DNA of 64,000 bases. It comes from Macrostomum lignano (taxonomy: Eukaryota). Where the stretch lies: assembly GCA_002269645.1 (NCBI GenBank), contig NIVC01001487.1, positions 97,294 through 161,293 on the forward strand. Direction: 5' to 3'. The translations under genes were made by a program, and so were the position numbers. The stretch's first letter is position 1; each line of letters starts with the position of its first letter. The notes under the pieces are model-generated. The model saw only the letters and a program-made list of their open reading frames with translations. It searched no databases and was not told where the DNA came from. Shown here one piece after another: positions 23,854 to 36,261 of the stretch.

Positions 23854-24408
23854 GTGGCCCAGCAACTGGGGATCTGGGAGGCTGGCCCAGCAACTGAGGA
23901 TCTGGGAGGCTGGTGGCCCAGCAACTGAGGATCTGGGAGGCTGGCCCAGCAACTGGGGATCTGGGAGGCTGGCCCAGCAACTGAGGATCTGGGAGGCTGG
24001 ACCAGCAACTGACACTCTGGGAGGCTGGCCAAGCAACTGAGGATCTGGGAGGCTGGCCCAGCAACTGAGGATCTGGGAGGCTGGCCCAGCAACTGACACT
24101 CTGGGAGGTTGGCCCATCAACTGAGGATCTGGGAGGCTGGTGGCCCAGCAACTGAGGATCTGGGAGGCTGGTGGCCCAGCAACTCAGGATCTGGGAGGCT
24201 GGCCCAACAACTGACACTCTGAGAGGCTGGCCCAGCAGCTGGGGATCTGGGAGGCTGGCCAAGCAACTGAGGATCTGGGAGGCTGGCCAAGCAACTGAGG
24301 ACCTGGGAGGCTGGCCCAGCAGCTGGGGATCTGGGAGGCTGGCCAGGCAACTGAGGATCTGGGAGGCTGGCCCAGCAGCTGGGGATCTGGGAGGCTGGCG
24401 GTGGTGAC
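23854..24408. repeat. 28-bp minisatellite, intronic
   Basis: Same unit as 11013 and 17387. Confidence 0.95.
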
Positions 24409-24448
24409 CCAAGAGAGTGGAATGTATGGATCGAAGCTCCAGACTCAC

Positions 24449-26962
24449 AGGCTGTGCAGAACTGTCTCCGAGTCCAAAGTTCGAAATTCGAGCGGCGGCC
24501 GCCTGGGCTGGCGGTGGCTTTTTCTGCGGACTTGCCGCCGCCGTGTTGACTTTCAGCTGGTCGACAATGTACTGGATGGTCAATGACCCACGAGCCTGCA
24601 GATTCCACAATTCGCACTCCACATCCGAATGCGGATCCTCGCACTCGTCGCCATGGAAACACTCGCCGAACGTGGCCTGATTTGAGCACAGCTCGTACAC
24701 GTAGCTGTAGCCGAGATCGACTTCTTTCGGCATTCGAACCACATACCAGGTGGTTTCTTTAAGGAGGCGGGCAATGAGGCAATCGCGGGAGCAAGTCTCG
24801 CAGGGGGCATCTGCTCGATTGCCATTGTCATCCACGCAGTTGGCGCAGGCCAGGTCGAATGCGAACTTGCTGAGTTCGGCAGCTGAATTGTCCTGCTGCT
24901 GGCAGGAATAATAGCTGGAAGAAGTGGCAGATACTGAGGCAGAGGCGGCAATCGGAGCCGAAGAAGACATCGAGCCGGAAGCATATGCTGGCGCATTCGC
25001 CGATACGGAAGCAGAAAACTGGGCGCTGTTGCTGCTGTTGCTTTTGCTGGCCTTTGCGTACTGTTGTGTAATGGGTGGTGGCGGCGGTGGAGGAGGAGGC
25101 GGATGCAGCTCAGCAGCGGACTGACTGGTTGGTGGAGCATCAACCGGAGACCTGGTGACCTGGTTGGCGGTCCAGCTGAACAGAGCTCCGATTGGGGGCA
25201 AATGGGGCTGCTGCTGAACAACTTTCGGTGGGATTTCGGCAGTCATTAAAGGCTTGACTGGTGCTGGCTCGGCAGGCTTTCGCTGCTGTTTAGGCGTTTC
25301 GCCATTGTGTTTAGCGATGAACCCGGCAACCGTGAATGCGTCCATATAGTTTTTGTCGAAATTCCACAGCTCTGTTTCAATTTCGGAATGCCCGAAGGTG
25401 CAGTTCTCGCGGCAAGGATAGCCCCCCTTGGATTTGTAGCATCGATAATAATTACCGGTATAACCCGGACGAGCTACCCGTGGTCGAATCAGTTTCCACA
25501 GAGTTTCACCAGGCTCCTTGGCAAACAGCTGGTTTCGTGGACAATTGTGCTTCTGTGGCTTGGTCGCAATTTCATAATCATATATCCGACCATCGGCAGG
25601 CTTCGAACAGTCGGAGCACGCCAAGCAGAGATCCCACTTGGCTAGGAAGGGAAAATCGCCATCCTTGATCAGTTTCAGTGGCTCGGCTGAAGAAGACTGG
25701 CCAGCGGAACCTACGCCGCCGCCGCCACTTTTTTTCCCACCAGCTGGCACAGTCTGCCACGAAGTCTCAGCCAGAGCTTGACGAAACTGCTCAGTTTCCT
25801 GCTCGTGAATTCTTGTGTCTTTCAATTTAACCGATTCTTTCTCAGCAGCAGTTGCCTGCTTGGCAATATTAGCCTTCTCAGACTGTTTTGTCACAGCGTT
25901 CTGCTCAGACGAATCGCTTGATTTTTGCTTGGAAGACTTCTTCTTTTTCTTATTGCCACTTTGATCCGCTTGCTGCTGCTGCTGCTTTTGGTTTTCTTTG
26001 GCTGCGGCAGCTGCTGCTTTCTTTTCGTTCTCTTTTGCTTGCCGCTCTCTTTCTAATCTCTGCTTCTCCTCTTGCTTTTGTTTTTCCTGCTTTTGCCTCT
26101 CTTTCTCTTGTCTTTGCCGCTCTTCCTGCCGCTCTTTTTCTTGCTTCTGCTTCTCAAGACGCTGCTTCTCCTGCCTCTCCATTTCTAGACGTTTTGCTTT
26201 TTCTTGTTTCTCTTTTTCAAGACGCTGCCTTTCCTTTTCTTGCCTTTCCTTTTCCAGACGCTGCTGCTCCAAACGTTGTTTCTCTTTTTCTTTCGCTTGT
26301 ATCTGCTTTTTATAAGCCTCGTCTTTGTCTTTCTTTTGCTGCTGCAATTTAAGTTCCTCGGCAGTGTTGTCTTCCCTAGAAACCGAAGCCTGCTTGTGCC
26401 GGCCATTTGGAGCGGGCACGGCGACTCCGGTGGCTACTCGAACTCCGCCAGTTCCACTCTCAGTTGTTACCCGGACTTTGCTGAGCTCCGAGTCCGACCA
26501 ATCCGACAGGGGGTCGTCAATCACGGAATCTTCAACGCTATCGTCATCGGAGCTGTCGCCGCAGCCACCGTAGTGCTCAACAAGATCCTGTGAGGCGGAC
26601 TTTGCCGCTTCATGTCTTGAATCTTTGGCGTCATCTTCCTGGCCTGCACGCGACGAAGCCAAGTCCCCCGACTGGTCCGGGCGTCTCTGCTGCTGCTTAC
26701 TGAACTCTGCGGCAACATTCACCTCGGGTATGGAGGAGGAGGAGGTGGCCGAATCAGACCGCGCCTCGTGTCGATTGACGCTGCTGTTATAAGGCTGCGA
26801 GGCTGGCGGCGGCGGGCGATATTCGGCCAGGAATTCGAGCTCGTTGTCGCTATCCGCCGGTTCCAGAGCTGGCACGGACTCGCCAGTTTGGCTGCCCATC
26901 CAGCCGCAGAGGATTGGAATTAATAAATAGCGGAATAGCATTCTGCACAGGCAGAGCAGCAT
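24449..26962 (-). CDS. ZC3H7: ZC3H7-like gene, first large coding exon (acidic N-terminus, K/E/Q coiled coil, CCCH modules 1-2)
   Basis: LAC..C...H.C....L......WKLIRPR....G.YY.C...C...CTFGHSEIETELW matches my recollection of the ZC3H7A/B zinc-finger module. Donor cct|GTGAGT at 24448. The start may be 26962, 26941 or 26899. Confidence 0.85.
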
Positions 26963-27843
26963 TTCGCTGCCGAGATTTTGCTTCGAGTCTAAATAAAATT
27001 GATGCTACCAAATGCTTATAAAATGCGGCTTCTTGCCAGCTTGCCAGTCTTCGACACAACCTGACTGGCCAAAAAAGCCAGCCAATTGGCATCGGCTCCC
27101 TGCTCTCAAACTAAAAGAGGCGGGAGGAGTAATTTTACCTGCTCTTTTTCCATTCTATCGATTTTTTGGAATTCTGTTTTTGGGTGTGGCCTCTATCATG
27201 TCCCCTTATCTGCTTTGGACTGCTTTTATTCTTTTTGGGCAGCCCGCACTGATGATAAACAGCTCAATAATGCAAAGAAATTGAAAGCCTGCCTTGCCAG
27301 GACACTGACTGACTGACTGATTAGTAAATGATGCAGGGTGTGCCGCTTGGAACATATGTGGCCCATTCCAAGTCCAATACAGGTGACTAACTGGGTAGAA
27401 AGTCAACACCCTTGTTTACAAAGGTAAATTTACAGTAAAATGAGCTTAGCATTAGGCATGAGCAGTCTCTGTCTTCTAAACTTTTCGAAGATAGAGAAGA
27501 TAAATTTTTATATCAGATCAGATTATGAAAATTGCAGATTTTTCTACCTAATCAAGATGACTGACTATTGCAATAAAGTAAAGCTAGTAGCCCTGTATAC
27601 AATAGCCCTAAACAAGGAAATATGAAATATGATGTAACTTTTTAAAAGAAATTGTATCTTTAAGCAATTTTTATAAGACTCACAAATTTTTCATTAACTT
27701 TTAGTAACTTTTTACATGGTATTACATAGTGTAACAAGGAAACTAGATAAAATAGTATTAAAAAATAGTCAATCCTATATCTTCTTCTAATCTTCTTCTA
27801 AATCTATCTTCTATCTAATCTTCTATCTATCTATCTAATCTAA

Positions 27844-28189
27844 TCTAAATATACTAAATCTCTAAGGTTTGTTTGTATGTTTGTCCATAACGCTCTAGAG
27901 CGAGAAATTCTTCACCGATTTTGATCGCGTTTTCGCCAAAAGATTTGTAATCAGCCTGGGATTGTATGGTTAAAATTTCTTGTATCTGCTTCAATGCTAA
28001 AGGGATTAAGTATTCGAAAAACCGTTTTAAATGGCCTTTTTCAATGCAAATTTTATCAGCGAGAAACTTCACAGTCAATTTTAATTGATTGCGCCAGAGC
28101 CAACTGATAAGAAAACTGACTGGGCCCCACTTAAAGGGGGGCAATAAAAAAATTATTCTGGCTGCTGGCAGCCAGCTCTAATTAGCTAG
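27844..28189 (+). mobile_element. Non-autonomous Helitron-like element A
   Basis: A|TC..TATACTAAA 5' end. Hairpin CTGGCTGC-TG-GCAGCCAG at 28158-28175, then CTAG|T at 28186-28189. Confidence 0.8.
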
Positions 28190-28212
28190 TATTCTATCTT
28201 CTTCTTCTATCT

Positions 28213-28323
28213 TCTAAATATACTAAATCTCTAAGGTTTGTATGTTTGAATGCTTGCTTGTCCATAACGCTCTAGAGATTGCAATTCTTCACCGATTTTG
28301 ATCGCGTTTTCGCCAAAAGATTC
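28213..28323 (+). mobile_element. 5' fragment B of the same Helitron-like family
   Basis: Identical to the first ~110 bp of element C, then breaks off. Confidence 0.7.
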
Positions 28324-28324
28324 A

Positions 28325-28678
28325 TCTAAATATACTAAATCTCTAAGGTTTGTATGTTTGAATGCTTGCTTGTCCATAACGCTCTAGAGATTGCAATTCT
28401 TCACCGATTTTGATCGCGTTTTCGCCAAAAGATTCAAAATTGTCTGGAAAGAAGACAGTTAAAATTTCTTTAATCTGCTTCAATGCTAAAGGGATTAAAT
28501 ATTCGAAAAACTGTTTTAAATGGCCTTTTTCAATGCAAATTTTATCAGCCAGAAACTTCACTGCCAATTTTAATTGATTGCGCCAGAGCCAACTGATAAG
28601 AAAACTCACTCCGCTCCACTTAAAGGGGGGCAATAAAAAAATTATTCTGGCTGCTGGCAGCCAGCTCTAATTAGCTAG
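28325..28678 (+). mobile_element. Non-autonomous Helitron-like element C
   Basis: A|TC start, same hairpin at 28647-28664, CTAG|T at 28675-28678. Similar to A. Confidence 0.8.
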
Positions 28679-29279
28679 TCCTTCCTTTATTTTATTTATC
28701 CTATATACTAAAAATGAAATGTCTGTAACTAACTAGCTATGCGATAGATTTCAGAAAAAATGGCTCAACCGATTTTCTTCAAACTTGCACCATTCGATCA
28801 GAAATGTTCCTGGGACGGTACATGTATCTTGGCTAAGAAATTGCTCAATGTTAAAGGGATTAAATATTCGAAAAACATGCTTTTTTGCAAAGGTCAAGCC
28901 AAATTTTTGACTTGAAATGCATTGTAAGAATGCTAGAGAAAAAACTGACTGGCTGAATTACGATTGTGATAAAGATTGCATCACAACAAGGTGAAAACAG
29001 TGCCACAGAAACGCACACAAGACTTCATTGAAATTGCGTAACCATATTGCTAACTTGAATTGAGACTGATACTGGCTGACTGAGAAATTGATTATGTCAT
29101 AACTTTTTACTCTTACCGACTTGCTATAAGTATTGAATTATAAGGGCCACAAGTCATGTTCTCCAATTGAAAAGAGATAGCCGGATGCAAACAGACTGGA
29201 ATGCTAATGTAGCGACCTTGGTTCGAATCTTAGTGGTGAAAAATGTTTTTTTTATTAAAACACGTTAAAAAACACAAAA

Positions 29280-31550
29280 TTCTCAACATTAAAGAGCCAC
29301 CATGTCGAAACATTAAAGAGCCACCATTTCAAACATTAAAGAGCCACAATGTCAAACATTAAAGAGCCACCATGTCGAACATAAAAGAGCCACCATATCA
29401 AACATACAAGAGTTACCATTTCAAACCTAAAAGAGCCACCATGTCGAACATTAAAAAGCCACCATGTCAAACATTAAAGAGCCACAATGGCAAACATTAA
29501 AGAGACACCATTTCAAACCTAAAAGAGTTACCATGTCAAACATTAAAGAGCCGCCAGGTCAAACATAAAACAGACACCATTAAGAACATTAAAGAGCCAC
29601 CATGTCGAACATTAAAGAGCCACCATGTCAAACATAAAACAGCCACCATTTCGAAAATTAAAGAGCCACCATTTTAAACATTAAAGAGCCACCTTGTCAA
29701 ATATTAAAGAGCCACAATGTCAAACATTAAAGAGCCACCTTATCAAACATTAAAGAGCCACCATGTCAAACATTAAAGAGCCACCATGTAAAACATTAAA
29801 GAGCCACCATGTCGAACATAAAAGAGGTACCATGTCAAACATTAAAGACCCACCAGGTCAAACATGAAAGTGCCACCATGTCAAATATTAAAAAGCCACC
29901 ATGTCAAACATTAAAGAGCCACCAGGTCAAACATGAAAGTGCCACCAGGTCAAACATATACATGACTCCATGTCAAACATTAAAGAGCCACCATGTCGAA
30001 CATAAAAGGGCCACCATGTCAAATATTAAAGAGCCACCATGTCAAACATTAAAGAGCCACCAGGTCAAACATGAAAGTGCCACCATGTAAAACATTAAAG
30101 AGCCACCATGTCAAACATTAAAGAGCCACCAGGTCAAACATATACATGACTCCATGTCAAACATTAAAGAGCCACCATGTCGAACATAAAAGGGCCACCA
30201 TGTCAAATATTAAAGAGCCACCATGTCAAACATTAAAGAGCCACCAGGTCAAACATGAAAGTGCCACCATGTAAAACATTAAAGAGCCACCATGTCGAAC
30301 ATTTAAGAAGCACCATGTCAAACATAAAATAGCCACCATGTGAAACATATAGGTGACTCCATGTAAAACATTAAAGAGCTACCATACCAGACATATACAT
30401 GACTCCATGTCAAACATATACGTGACTCCATGTTAGACATTTAAGAGCCACCATGTCGAACATTAAAGAGCCAACGTGTTAAAAATACAAGAGCCACCAG
30501 GTCAAACATATATATGACTCCATGTCAAACATTAAAGAGCCACCATGTCGAACATAAAAGGGCCACCATGTCAAATATTAAAGAGCCACCATGTCAAACA
30601 TTTAAGAGCCACCATGTCAAACATATACATGACTCTATGTCAAACGTTAAAGAGACACCATGTCAAACATTACAGAGCCACCATGTCAAACATTTAAGAG
30701 CCACCAGGTCAAACATGAAAGTGCCACCATGTAAAACATTAAAGAGCCACCATGTCAAACATATACGTAACTCCATGTCAAACATTGAAGAGACCCCATG
30801 TCAAACATTAAAGAGCCACCACGTCGAACATAAAAGAGCCACCATGTAAAACATATACGTAACTCCATGTCAAACATTGAAGCGACACCATGTCGAACAT
30901 AAAAGAGCCACCATGTCGAACATTAAAGAGCCACCATGTCGAACATAAAAGAGCTACCATGTCAAACATTAAAGAGCCACCATGTTAAACATAAAAGAGC
31001 CATCATGTCAAACATATAAGTGACTTTATGTCGAACATTAAAGAGCCACCATGTCTAACATTAAAGAGCCACCATGTCCAACATTAAAGAGCCACCATGT
31101 CAAAAATTAAAGAGCCACCATGTCTATCATTAAAGAGCCATCATGTCAAACATTAAAGAGCTACTTTGTCTAACATTAAAGAGCCACCATGTCAAACATT
31201 AAAGAGCTACTTTGTCTAACATTAAAGAGCCACCATGTCAAACATTAAAGAGCCACCATGTCAAACATTAAAGAGCCACCATGTCAAACATAAAAGAGCC
31301 ACCTTTTTGAACATTAAAAAGCCACTTTGTAAAACATAGAAGAGCCCCCATGTCAAACATAGAAGAGCCCCCATGTCAAACATAGAAGAGCCCCCATGTC
31401 AAACATAGAAGAGCCCCCATGTCAAACATAGAAGAGCCACTATGTCAGACATTGAAAAGCCACCGTATCAAACATAAAAGAGTTACCATGTACGAGCGTA
31501 GAACATAAAAGAGCCACCCTGTTAAACATAAAAAGATACACAATTTCAAA
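29280..31550. repeat. 23-bp satellite (AAACATTAAAGAGCCACCATGTC) inside D
   Basis: Visible. Confidence 0.95.
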
Positions 31551-31619
31551 CGTAAAAGTAAGCGAATTTTAAAGGAGCCGCTATAATGCTAAGGAAATTG
31601 TCGCACTAGCTACTTATTG

Positions 31620-32035
31620 TCTGGTGGATGCTTGCTATTTGGGGATGCTATCTATCTTGGGGATGCTTGCTATCTGGGGATGCTTGCTATCTGGGGGATG
31701 CTTGCTATCTGGGGATGCTTGCTATCTGGGGGATGCTTGCTATCTGGGGGATGCTTGCTATCTGGGGATGCTTGCTATCTGGGGATGCTTGCTATCTGGG
31801 GGATGCTTGCTTTCTGGGGGATGCTTGCTATCTGGGGGATGCTTGCTATCTGGGGGATGCTTGCTATCTGGGGGATGCTTGCTATCTGAGGGATGCTTGC
31901 TATCTTGGGGATGCTTGCTATCTGGGGGATGCTTGCAATCTGGGGGATGCTTGCTATCTGGGGGATGCTTGCCATCTTGGGGATGCTTGCTATCTAGGGG
32001 ATGCTTGCTATCTGGGGGATGCTTGCAGTCTTGGG
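31620..32035. repeat. 19-20-bp minisatellite (GGGGATGCTTGCTATCTGG) inside D
   Basis: Visible. Confidence 0.95.
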
Positions 32036-32172
32036 ATGATTTCTTTTTGCAATGCACTTCATTTGAGCAGTTTGTCTGTTGTCTTTTTGAAGGATTTTTG
32101 GCTGTCTTTTTGTTACTTTAGAAAACAGAGATTCTATCCAGATGTCCCCCATCGGGGGGCGAAGATTGCTAG

Positions 32173-35100
32173 TTATATACTAAAAATGAGTTGTTTGTTT
32201 GTACGCAATCGATTAGAGAAAAAATGGCTGGACCGATTTTCTTCGAACTTGCACTGTTCGATCAGAAATTTTCCTGGGACGGTACATGCATCTTGGCTAA
32301 GAAATTGCTCCATGTTAAAGCGATTAAATATTCGAAAAACATGCTTTTTTGCAAAGGTCAAGCAAACTTTTCGACTTGAAATGCATTGTAAGAATTCTGA
32401 TTCTGAAATGGATTACATCATAACTGAATTGTAACTCCGACTTGAATTGCGTCACAGTATTGAAAATGCAGTGTGGAAGCGTAGCACCAGACTTGATTTA
32501 GATTGCGCAACAATATTGTTAACTGATACTGACTGACTGAGAAATTGATTATGTAATAACTGCCTCGTGTGATTTACTCTATGCTTGGAGTTTTGAAACT
32601 TATAATTATAAGTGCTGAATTCATGTTATCAAAACGATGAGAGCTAGCCTAGAGGTAAACAGACTGAACTGCTAAATGCAGAAACGATGGTTCGAATTTT
32701 TAGAGAGTAGAGTTTTTTTAATTAAAGCTCTTTAACGCCAAGAAAACTAAAAAAAATCATAAAAGCGTCATGTAAAAAATCATAGAAACGTCATGTAAAA
32801 AATCGTGGAAGTGTCATGTAAAAAATCGTGGAAGCATCATGTAAAAAGCATAGAAGCGTCATGTAAAAAATCATAGAAGCGTCATGTAAACAATCATAGA
32901 AGCGTCATGCAAACAATCATAGAAGCGTCATATAAACAATCATAGAAGCGTCATGCAAACAATCATAGAAGCGTCATGTAAACAATCATAGAAGCGTCAT
33001 GTAAACAATCATAGAAGCATCGTGTAAACAATCAAAGAAGCGTCATGTAAACAATCATAGAAGCGTCATGCAAACAATCATAGAAGCGTCATGTAAACAA
33101 TCATAAAAGCATCGTGTAAACAATCATAGAAGCGTCATGTAAAATATCGTAAGAGCGTAATATAAAAATCATAGAAGCGTCATTTAAAAAATCATAGAGG
33201 CGTCATATAAAAATCAAAAAAACGTCATGTAAAAAATCATACAAGCGTCATGTAAAAATCATAGAGGTGTCATGTAAAAATCATTGAAGCGTCCTGCAGA
33301 AATCGTAGAAGCGTCATGAAATAATCATAGAAGCGTCATGTAAACAATCATAGAAGCGTCATGTAAAAAATCATAGAAGCGTCATGTAAAAAATCATAGA
33401 AGCATCGTGTAAACAATCATAGAAGCGTCATGTAAAAAATCATAGAAGCGTCATGTAAAAAATCATAGAAGCGTCATATAAACAATCATAGAAGCGTCAT
33501 GTAAACAATCATAGAAGCGTCATGTAAAAATCATAGAAGCGTCATGTAAAAATCATAGAAGCGTCATGTAAAAAATCATAGAAGCGTCATGTAAAAAATC
33601 ATAGAAGCATCGTGTAAACAATCATAGAAGCGTCATGTAAAAATCATAGAAGCGTCATGTAAAAAATCATAGAAGCGTCATCTAAAACATCATAAAAGCG
33701 TCATGTAAAAAATCGTAGAAGCGTCATTTAAAAAATCATAGAAGTGTCATGTAAAAAATCGTGGAAGCATCATGTAAAAAGCATAGAAGTGTCATGTAAA
33801 AAATCATAGAAGCGTCATGTAAACAATCATAGAAGCGTCATGTAAAAAAATCGTGGAAGCATCATGTAAAAAGCATAGAAGTGTCATGTAAAAAATCATA
33901 GAAGCGTCATGTAAACAATCATAGAAGCGTCATGCAAACAATCATAGAAGCGTCATGTAAACAATCATAGAAGCTTCTTGTAAAAAATCGTAGAAGCGTC
34001 ATGAAAAAATCATTAAAGCGTCATGTAAAAATCATAGAAGAGTCATGTAAAAAATCGAAAGAGCGTAATATAAAAATCATAGAAGCGTCATTTAAAAAAT
34101 CATAGAGGCGTCATATAAAAATCAAAAAAACGTCATTTAAAAATCATAGAAGCGTCATGTAAACAATCATAGAAGCGTCATGTAAACAATCATAGAAGCG
34201 TCATGTAAAAAATCACAGAAGCGTCATGTAAACAATCATGGAAGCGTCATGTAAACAATCATAGAAGCGTAATGTAAAAATCATAGTAGCGTCATGTAAA
34301 AATCATAGAAGCGTCATGTAAAAAGCATAGAAGCGTCATATAAACAATCATAGAAGCGTCATGCAAACAATCATAGAAGCGTCATGTAAAAATCATAGAA
34401 GCGTCATCTAAAAATCATTGAAGCGTCCTGCAGAAATCGTAGAAGCGTCATGAAATAATCATAGAAGCGTCATGTAAAAAATCATAGAAGCGTCATGTAA
34501 AAAATCATAGAAGCATCGTGTAAACAATCATAGAAGCGTCATGTAAAAAATCATAGAAGCGTCATGTAAAAAATCATAGAAGCGTCATATAAACAATCAT
34601 AGAAGCGTCATGTAAACAATCATAGAAGCGTCATGTAAAAATCGTAGAAGCGTCATGTAAAAATCATAGAAGCGTCATGTAAAAAATCATAGAAGCGTCA
34701 TGAAAAAAATCATAGAAGCATTGTGTAAACAATCATAGAAGCGTCATGTAAAAAATAATAGAAGCGTCATATAAACAATCATAGAAGCGTCATGTAAACA
34801 ATCATAGAAGCGCCATGTAAACAATCATAGAAGCGCCATGTAAAAATCATAGAAGAGTCATGTAAAAAATCATAGAAGCGTCATGTAAACAATCATAGAA
34901 GCGTCATGTAAAAATCATAAAGCGTTATGTAAACAATCATAGAAGCGTCATTTAAAAAATCATAGAAGCGTCATTTTAAAAATCATAGAAGCGTCATATA
35001 AACAATCATAGAAGCGTCATGTAAACAATCATAGAAGCGTCATGAAAAAATCATAGAAGCGTCATGTTAAAATCATAGAAGCGTCATGAAAAAATCATAG

Positions 35101-36261
35101 AAGCGTCATTTAAAAACTAATGAAAGTGTCATTTAAAAAATTAAGAAGCATCATAGTAGAATAAAAGAAGCGTCATGTCAGACATGAAAGGTGTCATGGA
35201 AAAATTAAATGCAGCTATAATGCTGTGCTGGGGAGAAAACTGAGACGTCAAGGCTCTCAGAGAATAACTGAGATTACGGGGGGGGGGGTTTCTGAGATGT
35301 CAAAGCAAAAGTCAGAAGCTAATTCAAAGTTCATGTACTTTACTCAATTTTTTTTATTGCATTCTTTGTTGGCTCGCCACGGGAGGCGCTGATAGAAGAA
35401 GAGTCATGTAAAAAATAAAAGTAGCACTATATATACATAAAAGAAAAGTCATGTCGAAGTTAAAAGATTCATTTGGGAATTGCTACGATGTCAAAGCTAG
35501 GTGGAAATCGTTATAGTGCTGTGATTCTTAAAGAAGGAATCACTAAAATGTCAAGGCTTAGGGGAGAAGAATTGCTGAGATTTCAAGGCTTTATGTTGGG
35601 TTAAAGTTAGGTTTAGGTCAGGTGTGGGTTGAGGGTTATATTTTATCGAGTTTCAAGGTTAGCAGGGGATTTTTCAGATTTCAAGGTTTATGGGCGCCAT
35701 CGCTGACATGTTAAGGCTTACGGGGGGAATAGCTGAGATGTCAAGGCTCACGGGGGTATAAATGAGATTTCAAGGCTAAAGTCAGAAGCTACATGTAGTT
35801 TATTGAAAACTTTTTATTACATTATTTGATGCCTCCTCAGGGGAGGGATCGCTGATTAAAAAAGCGTAATGTAAAAAATAAAAGAAGCTTCATGTCGAAG
35901 TTAAGATATTCATTTGGGAATCCCTACGATGTCGAGGCTTGCAGGGAATCGCTATAATGCTGTAGTAGTGCTATAATGACTCTTAGAGAGAATTACTGAA
36001 ATTTCAATGCTTTAGGGTTAGGTTAGGGTTAGGGTTAGAAGGTTGACAGATATTTTTAGATTTCCAAGGCTTATTGGGGGCATGGCTGAGATGTCAAGGG
36101 GGGAAGTTGATATGTTAAAGCTTGTGGGGGGGAATTACTGACATGTCAAGGCTTACAAGGTTTGATAGGAGATTTTTTAAGATTTCAAGGATACATGTAG
36201 CTTATTAAAAAAACGTGTATTGCATTTCTTTGGCTCCCCAACGGGGGGCGTAGATTGCTAG
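32173..36261 (+). mobile_element. Helitron-like element E, head-to-tail with D
   Basis: Starts TTATATACTAAAAATG directly after the CTAG of D. First ~550 bp are homologous to D. Ends CCCC-AAC-GGGG hairpin plus CGTAGATTGCTAG|T at 36258-36261. Confidence 0.72.
32750..35200. repeat. 23-bp satellite (AAA[A/C]AATCATAGAAGCGTCATGT) inside E
   Basis: Visible. Confidence 0.95.

Larger units (their letters stand above)
28699..32172 (+). mobile_element. Helitron-like element D with internal tandem arrays
   Basis: A|TCCTATATACTAAAA start. CCCCC-ATC-GGGGG hairpin at 32146-32158, then CTAG|T at 32169-32172. Confidence 0.72.

Noticed and set aside
27854-28633. Two similar 96-aa ORFs (MPPFKW...)
   Set aside because: They are antisense reads of Helitron-like copies A and C. 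The similarity reflects the repeat, not a protein family I recognise.
36012-36038. TTAGGG tract as a chromosome end or fusion site
   Set aside because: Only ~4 units, inside a transposon, with no inverted telomeric junction.
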